64,000 bases of DNA, from NCBI RefSeq assembly GCF_964204645.1, contig NC_134031.1, forward strand, positions 15,921,807 to 15,985,806, in the 5' to 3' direction. Shown here piece after piece: positions 50,201 through 61,188 of the stretch. This stretch comes from Tubulanus polymorphus (Eukaryota > Animalia > Nemertea). Made by a program: the position numbers and the translations under genes. Under the pieces are notes generated by a model. The model had not been told where the DNA came from and did no database searches. It saw only the letters and a list, made by a program, of their open reading frames with translations. Position 1 is the first letter of the stretch; the number at the start of each line of letters is the position of its first letter.

Positions 50201-51959
50201 CTTCAAACGCAAAGCGTAGACGTCAATATGGAATTCGTAAGTCTCGTTTCGCGAGAAAGTGTCTTAAAATTGTGAAGATAACTGGTTGAATTTGACTGCA
50301 TAATTAACGCGATTTACTTGTTGAATTCAGATTCGAGACACGTGGCATCAGTTGTATCGAAGGCACTTTTTCGAGAAGGCTCTGAAAACGGCGAACGAAT
50401 GTCGCAAAGGATTCTACTATTATCAACGCGGGTTTCAGGACACCGGGGTACGTATACGGCTTAGGCCTTACAGTTAATCAAGGGCAGTTGGTAACGATTA
50501 AGAGTACGACAGGTCGCTCAAAACTTGAACTACTGGTTAAGTCTCTTAAATTAAAGTTAATTAAATCTATCAATTGACCTATGGGATTACATTCAGTTCT
50601 TAAGCGGTTTATTCGACCGACCTTTAAGTAATTGGCCCCAGTCCAGTAATATGTATCATTGTAGAATAGCCCATACACTCTGACGTGGAGAATAGGTAAT
50701 AAGTTCAAAACCCACTGTATACAAAGGTTAAACCATATAACTCAAAAGTGAATTTTATTTATCAAAAATTATGATCATAAGACACAACGTTTGGAACTCA
50801 CTAACGTCTATTTCAACTTGACTTGATATCAGGTGGCCTAGCCTAGCTCAGTCAGTTTCGGTAGTACATACCTGATAAAAGTCTTATTAGGACCAGGAAG
50901 CATTGGCAGTTGACCTAAAACATTGTTTTTCAATCCGTTCTTCATTGTATTGAACGATTGTGAAAAAGTCTGCATCGAAAGGCAAGGGGTTGAATAATGA
51001 AAAGGGACTCCATGATTTGAAAGTTTAGCAATACATTTCCACGCCTACCAACTGAAGTTTGGTCTGTAGGCGTGGAAATGTATATTTTCTTTGCGTTTTA
51101 AACTTGATATGTATCATGTTTGTACTTAAATTGTTTTTCAGATGGAGTGTAACGATGTAGTGTTATTCTGGCGAATCGATAGAATGTTACAAATCACGTC
51201 CAACGCGTTGCGACAACAGGTCATCAATAACGAAGGTAAAAACTAAATCCGCTTCGTTCGTAGATCGACGGACGACCGCAGCTCGATGAGATCTAATTTC
51301 GCGTATTAATGATATTTGCAGCACGACGACTCGAGAAAATAATCAAAGAAGTGCTCGACGACATCGGCGACGATAAAAACAAATTGAAAGAACTGCTTAC
51401 GGGAAAACGTGTTTTACTCGCTGAAGAACTAAGTATGATCGAGATTATTCTTTCATAGTTAGATTGAAAATTTTCGCGGACAATAGCCACCTTCGATGCT
51501 TGAAATCCGTAGCTTATCCCACCCAATCTGTGGTTCTGAAACGGATATATATTTTCAATGTTTGATGAAATTAAACGTTAGTGTATGAAAAAGTTATCAA
51601 CATTTTTCTGGAATGATAAGGGGTCAATTGTGGGTTAGATTTGCGTCTGGCATTTCAAGGTAGATTGATTCTGAGTTAAAATAATTTACTTAACAATCAA
51701 GAGCGGCTGGTTTTGTAGACTAGTGTTAACTTTAACTCGGGGTTAACTCATTCATTTTCAATGGAGCCCCCTGGGTTAAAGATAGTATCCATCTATAAAA
51801 CTGGCCCCGGTACTCTAAGCCGTGTAACTGGGGTTCTATTGTCCTTCTTGGGAGCGGCTATTAATTAATTAACATGTGTTTTATTTGATTGTAGAACGAG
51901 TGCGAGCCATTCAAGAGAAACTAGAAGAATTCATACAAGCTCTCAATAAGGAAAAGTAA
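41239..51959 (+). CDS. OPA1: Dynamin-like 120 kDa mitochondrial GTPase OPA1, complete, roughly 30 exons
   Basis: Probable exon 1 41239-41273 ([12 protein letters not shown], phase 2). [16 protein letters not shown] region and a coiled coil. GTPase motifs [36 protein letters not shown] and LTKVD. C-terminal [20 protein letters not shown] (stop 51957-51959). The start exon is less certain than the rest. Confidence 0.95.
42688..42812. mobile_element. PIF/Harbinger-type MITE family C
   Basis: GGGCCAGTTGCA...TGCAACCGGCCC with a CTG duplication and internal TAAGACCAGTCT repeats. Copies at ~17391-17627 (two in tandem), ~39361-39499 and ~48933-49072. Confidence 0.8.
42957..43000 (+). ncRNA. Minimal type I hammerhead ribozyme (family F) in an OPA1 intron
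   Basis: TTCT CTGATGA T GAAGTTT ACTCA AAACTTT GAAAC T GTC GGAA. Stem I TTCT/GGAA, stem II GAAGTTT/AAACTTT. The tail TCAACTGCGGGTTTTGCTCATT is shared with ~34606-34702, ~36266-36312 and ~36522-36604. Confidence 0.65.
44501..44863. mobile_element. 363-bp foldback (near fully palindromic) element
   Basis: CTAATGTCTATTTCAAC...CATCAGGTGGCCTAGCTCGGTCAGTTTTG mirrored at the right end. Single-arm copies at ~2376-2513 and ~50801-50960. Confidence 0.85.
47129..47371. mobile_element. MITE with GGCCATCCC TIR and TGA duplication (PIF/Harbinger-like)
   Basis: tga-GGCCATCCC...GGGATGGCC-tga. Confidence 0.7.
51031..51083. repeat. Perfect 18-bp inverted repeat with a 17-nt loop
   Basis: ATACATTTCCACGCCTAC / GTAGGCGTGGAAATGTAT. 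Confidence 0.9.
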
Positions 51960-52566
51960 TCTTCAACTAAACTTAAGCTGCCGTTATGATTAAAGTGATT
52001 TTGATGACAGTCATTTGCTAAAAACAGAAATGTGCTACCTATAATTTATTACGATGATGATGATGATTACTAAGTGTATTGTTATCATACGCGGGTGTCC
52101 TTCGAATTAGAGGTGAGGAAAATATAGAATTCTTTGTGTCGGTTATTTTTAGCGCGTGCTGAAAAATCGACGCATCGGTCTTTCGTAAATAAACTCTCAT
52201 CTTTTTCGCGTGATGATGGCGAAAAAGACTATTTTCATTTAGCGAATACTGGAAATACTTGTCCCGTGTCTGACAAGTAGTCCGCGAAGAAATGCGTATT
52301 TATTTGTAGTACGGATAAGTCAATGTTTATAGATAGTACAGAATATTTTGCCTGTGATACAACATTGATATTTAGCGTTGGTTTGAATGAATGTTATGAT
52401 GATGTGTAGTTTTTCGTAGAATGATTTCCTATCAAATGAAAAATGGCTAATTTCGACGTTTAATGCAGCAATTAGATTTATTTGTGAAAAATAAAAAGTT
52501 CACGCGTCGTATCTCTGAATATCAGTAATCGGTAGTTTGTATGATTGTGTACATTTTCAAATGCAT

Positions 52567-52573
52567 AAATAAA
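52567..52573 (+). terminator. Candidate OPA1 polyadenylation signal
   Basis: AATAAA about 610 nt after the stop, followed by GT-rich sequence; another AATAAA lies at ~52490. Confidence 0.45.
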
Positions 52574-52860
52574 TCTGTACTATGTGCCAACACGAAGGAC
52601 TTGTGTAGCTTTGTTCTCCTCTGTGGCGAGGTGAAGGATGAAATAGTCACCAGTAGTTGTTCGACTCAGTAAGACTTGAAAAAGCACAAATTCAAAACCA
52701 ATTTGATCAGAGCGCTATCTAGTGGTTCCTCTATGCACAACGAGAACGGTACCAGTAAGTTGATTGGCATTTTCAATTACGTGTATTTCCTGTAGTCAAA
52801 GATAATGTACAAGACTTATCTATGAACCGTTAGTATCAGAACCAACCAGCGTGTACATGT

Positions 52861-53048
52861 ACTAGTGGAACCTCATTACAGTGAACTTCAAAGGACCACA
52901 AAATATGTTCGTTACAACCGATAGTTCGCTATATTCAGTATGAAATTAAATTTAATTGAAAAATTAAATTTTTTACTCAGGACAAAATTCTATATTTGTT
53001 TTATCGATGAATTGTTTCCGAGTTCGTTGTAACAAGGTTCTGCTGTGT
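52861..53048. mobile_element. Tc1/mariner (pogo-like) MITE, degenerate
   Basis: AGTGGAACCTCATTACAGTGAAC...GTTCGTTGTAACAAGGTTCTGCT, between the OPA1 and SPSB 3' ends. Confidence 0.6.
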
Positions 53049-53253
53049 AGTGCACTTGTATGAAGATATCTGAAGGATTTACATCTAAACAGTGTTTCTG
53101 GAAGTTCCTATCCTAGAGGGGAAAAATGTCATAGCAAGCCCTGCATTCATTGGCCAATAGGAAACCTGGGAAACTTCTAAGCATTCTTCCAACTGTTCAT
53201 CCTCTAAAAGCGAGATACATGCCTCCAACACGAACTAAAGAAACTAAATATAT

Positions 53254-53264
53254 TTTATTTTATT
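53254..53264 (-). terminator. Candidate SPSB distal polyadenylation signal
   Basis: Two TTTATT hexamers (AATAAA on minus) at the end of a long stretch that is U-rich on the minus strand. Confidence 0.45.
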
Positions 53265-56200
53265 GAAATTTGCTGTTTGTTTATTATTTTTTCCATGAAG
53301 CTGGATACAAGAGGTGATTTTTTTCACACGTACTACACAAAAAAAAAAAACGCACTTACACAGACACGAATCACGAACAATATCTATTAAATAATGTTCA
53401 AAGATATAAACTCTTTATACAGCCACAAATATTTCATGTTAAAAAATACTACCGAGGTTGCAGACATTGCCCTAAAATAATGTACAATTATAGCCAGAAT
53501 TCAGAGAGTTTCCAGTGCTCTGTCCCTGAAAATGAAATAGGAACCAACTGCCGGAGTAACTATGAGGATGAATTGGCTCGACTTAAAAATTTCAACCAAT
53601 TTTAATTTAAATTTTTACGACCTAGTTACCAATTTCGACTCTCTACTTCAAATTTTGACCGGACATTAACTCGTGGATCTTGGACCTTGCGTCGTAAAAC
53701 CGTGATATCTTCGTTTTATTCGTTAAAAAAAAAAAAACCTGTTTTACGCAAACCGTAGTGTTAAATACCAAAACCGACGTTATAATCGACGTACAAAAAT
53801 GAAAGAAGTCTTTCCCGTGAAATAATTTGCCTGGGTCCTGCAGGAGCCGACACACGCTGGAGAGACTGACCGATCATTTTCTGTGGCAGTTTATGCCGAG
53901 TATACGAGACATAAGCCGCGATCACGCGGAGACCATTTGGTCCGGGTCAAACTGGCGCCCAGATCAGGTCCCGAGTCAAATTTGGCCCTAGAAAGCGCTG
54001 TCCACACGTAAATCACTTGCTTATAACCAAAACGATGCTGTGGCAAGTGAGGTTAATCCCTTCCAGAACCAGTTAGCATTCGCAACCAATAATTTGTCCA
54101 GTGCTGAAATTTGGCACCAGTCTCAACAGACACGAAACCATTGGGTACCTGTATGAACAAATGGCCCGGACGAAAAAGACCTGAACATAAACCGAGTTCG
54201 AATATGTCGCGAAACCGGGCTACATCATCGTACCTTTCTCAGTTATACTAGGAGAAAGATATTATACGGCATTCGATAAACTGACATGCCCGATGATACA
54301 TATATATTTATGATAGATCTATAGAGATGATAAATGTACAATTAAATTAATGATAATACTAATAATAAGTTAAATATGTTATAATATAATAATAATATAC
54401 ATCTTTTGTTGCCAGCCGCAATTACGTTTTAAAATACGCGTCCACAAATTTCATGAATTGTGTAATGACAGTTCGATCAACCCCCCCTCCTCTCACATAT
54501 ACGCAATACCATGTTCGGCATATTTCTTCGCGATAAACAGCTGTCGCATCTGCGTCGCCGCTGCTGTGAAACTAATAACCGCTTTTTACCAGCAACACGC
54601 AATTCTACGTACGTACGTGCATACGTGTATGCATAATATTTTCAAACGCGTCGACAAAAAAAGAGAAAAAAAACCGGCCGACAATATGCGACCGGCTTTA
54701 TAGCGATACGAGACCGATTTCCGAATACCTGGCATCACGCGGGTTCAAACATTCGTTGAAAGTTCGTACGGAAGTTAAATCACTGTTGGTTATGGACTAA
54801 TTTTCGACTCGTAATCTCGACTCGAAATTCATAACCACCGACAACGTAGAAAACAGCACCGCGAATGTATGAATTCGTTTCAATACCGTGCTGACTGTAA
54901 TTTTTTTCAATTTTTGATGTTTAAAAAAAAAAACACTATGATTGAATTTTCGCCTAATCAGGATGATTTTAAAACACGGGCTTAAATAAAAACCTTCCGC
55001 GATTCGATTTGCGACGTTCGGAGTTCAAAAACGATAAATAACGACGCGGATAATAATTCTATCATGATCGGTTAAGAATTCACGGCGAACCTCCGACTCG
55101 TCCCCCTAATTTACTCATCTGACATCAAAGAAACACGAAATATAAAGACAGTAGAAATCTGCCAGTGATTTACCCGATTTTCGGCATGAATAAATACATG
55201 ATTTACGTCGATCGAATAGAAATGTGTACGCGGCTTCTCGACGACGATCTCAGATGTCGCGACGAGAGCGGGAAATAAATCGTAATTATTAAACCATTTC
55301 CGGATGATACGGAAAAGGTGATTTTATTTATTTCAGTAATACTCACGCGCGCGGAAACCCTGCCGAGTCGGAACGAACGCGACACATGACTCGAGAACCT
55401 TACCGAGCTCGGGAAGCCTTGAATACTACTAACAAAAAAAAAAACATTAGCAATTTCAGAAAGCGATCGTGTCAGAAGCTTCGAACACCCCCAACCCCCG
55501 AGTAAAAATCATCATTAAGATAGCTGCGCGTACTTAGTCCAGCGTTCGATATTCTGAGCACTAAAAAGGCACCAAATAGTCGACGATCCGTTTTACGTTC
55601 ATTTAAAATCAAGTATATCAAATCATCATCCAAAACCAGACCTCATCATTTATTGCATCGGAAAAATCATTTCGATTAAAACATTTCATCGACGAAGAAG
55701 AGAATTATATAATAAGCGTGTATAAAGAACTGTACAGGGCATTTAGAATGCCGATAGAACGAAAGATGAGAGAGAAATTATTACCTAAAATATTCGATTA
55801 AAATGAAGCAAACAATAAATAATTAATAATAATAATAATAATCTTAATCATCAATAGATTAAACGTTTCAATATCATATATATATATATACTTATATATA
55901 TATAAATTTATAATTCATGCACACTAATGCTACCCTAAAAATATCCTACAACACGTATCTATCGTGCAGCTTTAAATTAATCGATTTTCATCATCAGGGA
56001 GGCGGCGTGCGCAGACCTGTCCCCGCGACGAATATACCTAAACGTAATCAAATCAAACGCCAATTAAGTGACTAGTCATGACACCATTATTTTACATTTA
56101 CCAACATGCTTGCTATCAATCAAATTCCATCGGTTCCTACAGACGAGAGATTAAACTTTTAAATCCACCGCATTTTCTCGATCAGATGATTAAATATCTA

Positions 56201-57868
56201 CGTCACATACGAGAGTTTGATTGAAACTGGCCTCGATGCATTTTTTTACCTGATAATTATTTCTCTTCTTTCCTGAACGGTTCAGCGCCACGTCACTGAC
56301 ACCGCACACGACCGACAACCTTTTTTCAACCGCGCTGGAATCGGCGGCGCTTCCGAGATTTATAATTATATCCGACCCCTGATTTCGAGTTTTCAGAAAT
56401 TGCTGCTATGGACCGAGTTCCGCTGGTTGCGAACTAAAATCAGTCCGTTTTCAAAAATTAAGACTCAGAACCGTAGAGCCGGGTCGCGGGATAGTTACGC
56501 ACATAGATTGCTATACAACATAATATTTGCGACAATCGATGGACATTTTTCGTATGGACAACATACAGCAGTTTGATAAACAATAATATTATCATAATTT
56601 CAATATCGCGATTCATTCAGGTCTGAACATAATTACGGGCCATATTCGCAATTCTGCCGAGTTGGACATCGTACCCAGCGGAAAATCAGTAACCAAGAGA
56701 ACAGAAGAATAAACCACTGACAGATTTTAAGACAGTTCGATACCGATGAAACCGTTTAAGCAATTTTAATCTTAATTCAACTTCAGAAGCGAACTCCATC
56801 ACCACGTTATAGACACCTTATATTTCGCGCTTTTGCAGTGTTAATAGGCTGTCAGGATCTGCATCATGTTGTCAACATTAGCATAAAGAGTCATTAACCT
56901 TACTGTTTACTCAACACCTAATTGACGATAACGCTACTGTATTAATCAGGATTACCACCACACCTAGCTGACAAAATCATAATTTTGAAGTCGCTTTTTT
57001 TTCTAAATTACACACCTAAATAGGCCTCTGACGCGCTTCATAAATAACCCAGATTTAAGGAAAAAGTGCTAAAGATTTTAAAAATAACCTGGTCATTGGC
57101 ATACATTTCATTTTGCTCTAGGGTCAATTCATCAATTCATAAGTTCCTGTTTGTCGAAGTTAGCCTGAAATTGACAACTTTGCTGCGTCGACTTTTTTCC
57201 ATCGAAGCAAGAATCCGCCTTTTTACCGTACCCGCTATTATCGAAACCCGTAAACTTACGTAAAACATACGGCGCTTGGAGGTTTCCATGGCGATCGATG
57301 TCTTATCGAATAACAGCTCATACATACATATATCAAAGAGCGCTGAAAAGTAAACAATTCCAGACCAGACGAGAGATTACTTGATTGTAGCAGTTTTTAC
57401 CGAAAAATGATAGCAATTTGACATGAAAAATTGAGTTAAATTGGAAATGAGCTAGAAATAATTCCGATTTCGAGAATATTTAGATATTTTTAGAAGTTGA
57501 GGTCTAGACCAGTTTTCAACTACTCGCACATAGCGGCCGTAGTCGGGTCTGCAATTGCTGCAATCAGCGCCCCCTATAATTGAACGAATCAGAACTCGAT
57601 TCCCGGCGGCGCCTACGGCGGTAGTCGTAGTTTTCAATCGCTAATAACGCGTGCGACGATTTATCCATCCGTCCGTCCGTCCGTGCGTCCGTTCGGATAC
57701 GACTGCGGCAACAAACGATGACAATGACGATGATCATAATGATGAGGACGACGACGACGATGATGATATAATGAAGACATGGCGGTTGCTATGGTGATGA
57801 AAAATTCTGACTAGAAGAATCGTTCGGTAAAAACACGCGCGGCGCGGTGCTTTTTACGATTAAAACAA

Positions 57869-59839
57869 TCATCGCTTCTCCGGGTACATGTTGTTGTTAT
57901 TGTTGTGATTTTGATAAAGTAGGTAGCTCTTTAGCGCGTTCGGCAGCGGCAGTTTTTGTATGTCGTGCAGCCGGTGTTTACCGATAGTCTGACGTATAGT
58001 GCGGCGACACAGATCCATCAATGGCAACGGTTCAGCTGCAAAAAAAAAACCGAAAACATTAAACATTAATACGTATCGATTCGTCATTGAAACTGTCGAC
58101 CTTTGAAAAGAAGTATGTAACCTGTCTACAGTAAGTGGTTATAGGGACCTGTGTGCTAGACACTTATCCGCCCTCTCTCTATATATACACAGGAGCAAAT
58201 TGACGTCCCAGTGGCGTTGGAACCGCAGCGACTGCAGCGGCAAAATCGGCGGCAATGATATACTGAATGGCATTTTTTTTCTTTCAAAAATGTTTTCGAC
58301 GAAATTGAAATAAATTCGCCGTAGCAACGTATCAAAAATTTCAGAACCTGTCAGAAATCGGCAATGTGCTGCGGCAATCAAAAAATACTTCCGACTGCCC
58401 TGCGTACCCGGCCCGATGACTTTCATTCCGGGGAGAATGTCCCTTTTACGGGGAAAGAGATGGTTGATTGAGATATTGGCTAGGGGGTAGTACAGTAGAG
58501 TCAATGGTCACATCCATTGTAGATATTGACTTATTGACGCATCGTTGACAGCAGAACCCGAGAATGAATTACAACTAAGAGGTACCATCTATCTATTCAG
58601 TTTAGTCGTGGGCCAATACGGTTAGTCTTGGTAAACCAAGATCCGACCGACGTAAAGCCTAAACAAACAAACTAACACGGAACTTTATTGTTCCTCACTG
58701 TTTTTTTTTGTCTAAGATCTTTCAATCTACATTTTTTAGGAAAATGAGCTAGAAATTTATTTTTTTTCACAGTTCCCACAATCAGGCCTGTATGAATTGA
58801 AAATTCCCAAATGGAAATGGGGCCTCTTCGTGAAAGTGAACCAATGTCATACTATCAATCATTCTTCATGTCTACATTTTAATAGTGATTGGTTGAGAAA
58901 GGCGGGTTTCTGGAAAAATTACTGAAAAAAGTTGTCCTCGGGCAAGCAATTGACATCCAAGAACTACCGGGTAAGCTAATTGAATTATAAAATGAATTTC
59001 CCAAATATTTCCCAGGATCGAAAGGAAAATCCGTCAAATTCGAAAATATTTCTTCAGAAATTTTCCAGTATATTCCCGTAACTGAGGGAACCGCATTTTT
59101 TTCAAAAAATAATGAATATTAGCGAGTTGAAATACTTACGATCTAGACCACCGATGTATCGCATCGTGATTTCGCAGTGTCCCCAGACGGCACTGACGAT
59201 CGGATATAGTTTTTTGCCCTTCAGGCCGCGAAACGCGACGCCGAGGTACTGTCCGTCGACGATAAAACTGAGCGTGCCCTCGTCCATGTCGAGCACGACG
59301 TAAAACGAGTCGGGCACGACGAAGTTTTCGTCGTTGTTTAAAATGCTAGGATACGTAATACCCGGGTTGTTTTTGCAGTCGTGGTAGAGTTTGTTGCGGC
59401 CGAGGTCCCAGCCCCACGACTCGTTGTTGCTGCCGACGAGCGACTGGTACCCGACGCAGTGCAGCGGCGCGTCGGCCGTCGCGACGCCGACGACCGCGTG
59501 CGTGCCGCGTTGGCGCGTACTCCAGTAAATCTCCCAAACGTGTAGTCCTTTCGTGTATCCCTGGCGCCCGCGTATACAGTCCGTGCTCTGCGCGACCGGG
59601 TGTCGATGGAAGGTCATTTTATCGTCTTCTTTCACGAATATATTCAGCGAGCGGTCGTCAGCGTTCCACGCCTGTTCGACCTGGATCTCTTTCGGCGCCG
59701 TCGGCATGTCGAGCAGCATGTCGAGCCGCGCCGGCTTCTGGAAATCCGGGTGATAGACGTGATCGCGATTCATTGGCTTGTTCGACGGTTCTCGAGATAC
59801 TGTTTTTATGCCACCCGAGACTTTCTGACCCATGTTCAT
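57869..59839 (-). CDS. SPSB1: SPRY domain-containing SOCS box protein (SPSB1/4, gustavus orthologue), 2 coding exons (59839-59140, 58035-57869)
   Basis: [10 protein letters not shown] start. B30.2/SPRY motifs [34 protein letters not shown] and [13 protein letters not shown] box [15 protein letters not shown]...[14 protein letters not shown]. Phase-1 GT-AG intron. Confidence 0.95.
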
Positions 59840-61160
59840 TTGCGTGGGAGTCGGTAGCAAGCCCTCCAGGGTTGGTGCTGTTGCCGGGGGGGGGTTTAGA
59901 TTCGCGTCAACGTTTTAACTCGGCACGATATTTCGCTACAAAAAATATATAAAAACGCGAATATTCCGTTTGAACGCGATATCTTCCGAGACGTCGTACT
60001 ATCTAACTAATCCCGAATGATGATGATTATCCTCTCGGCAACGACTCTTTATTTAAAATCCGATTGATCGCTTTTTAAAAAAAATATCACTTTCTCTGTA
60101 TAAAATCTGTAAAGAAAATAATAGCGAAATGTTAACATATTTTCGGGGGGGATTCATTTAATATCATCAACTTCGTCGATAGCGTATGTTTCGAAATTTT
60201 TAGTTTTTGTTTTCGAAACCGGTAAATTTCACCCAAAAGCAATTCTAAACAATCAGAAGCTACCGATATATGGAAATTCAAAATAAACACGCGAGAATCG
60301 ATAAATCATCACAACCCGTGCACTGCGACTGCGTCTGTACACGGTAAATATTGTGCAATATTGTTTTTCGCGAAAACCAAACCTGCGTTTAGTTTTACCT
60401 TGAACTCATTGATATGCATGAAAAACCGACGACCGGCCTAGCTTTGTAATAACGATGTGCGACCCCGTGATTTACCTGCCATGGTGAACATTCATAAAAG
60501 TCGATTCATAAAATTTGTGTATGCATGCGTTAATCGACGCAAGGGAGGAGGGGTAATTAGCATATCCGCGGATTAATAATATCTAGTACATATTCAGCAA
60601 AATAAACATCTAGTGCACATCATTATGAGCTGTTCTTTACAAGCAGAATCAAGGGTGTGATTAAGGGAAGGGTGCTTCCCCAAAATAGGCCATGATTAAA
60701 AATTCAAAACCCCGACAGAAAGCTCGTTGGAAAACATTAACTTGTCATCAGCTTGTCAGTTTAATAGATCTTAGGAAGAGAGTTCAAATATCCGAATAAC
60801 CATAGAAGCGATAACATTAAAAACCTCATTTTGTCAGTTTAATAGATCGAAGTGGCTTCCAGTACGAACACAAATCAGTTCAAACTATCTCTACGTCGAT
60901 ATGTGACGACAACGAACTTTATTTTCCCCGTAAGATAGGCCTAAACTATCGAATTTCCAGGAAACGCGATAAGGATCGCAGACAAAAAACCGTGTTAAAA
61001 AGTGTTACGCGTATAAGCCCCGACCGAATTTGACAGAGTCACTAAATAAAACTCATCACGATTAGATATTTATAATACAATAATCATAATCATTTCACTC
61101 GCATTCTCAGAGTATCAGTCAACAAAAGTTTAGGGGGAGAGGGGGCAAAAGAATGTACTT

Positions 61161-61188
61161 TCATCATCATCATCATCATCATCATCAT
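61161..61188. repeat. (CAT)n microsatellite
   Basis: About 9 perfect CAT units. Confidence 0.9.
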
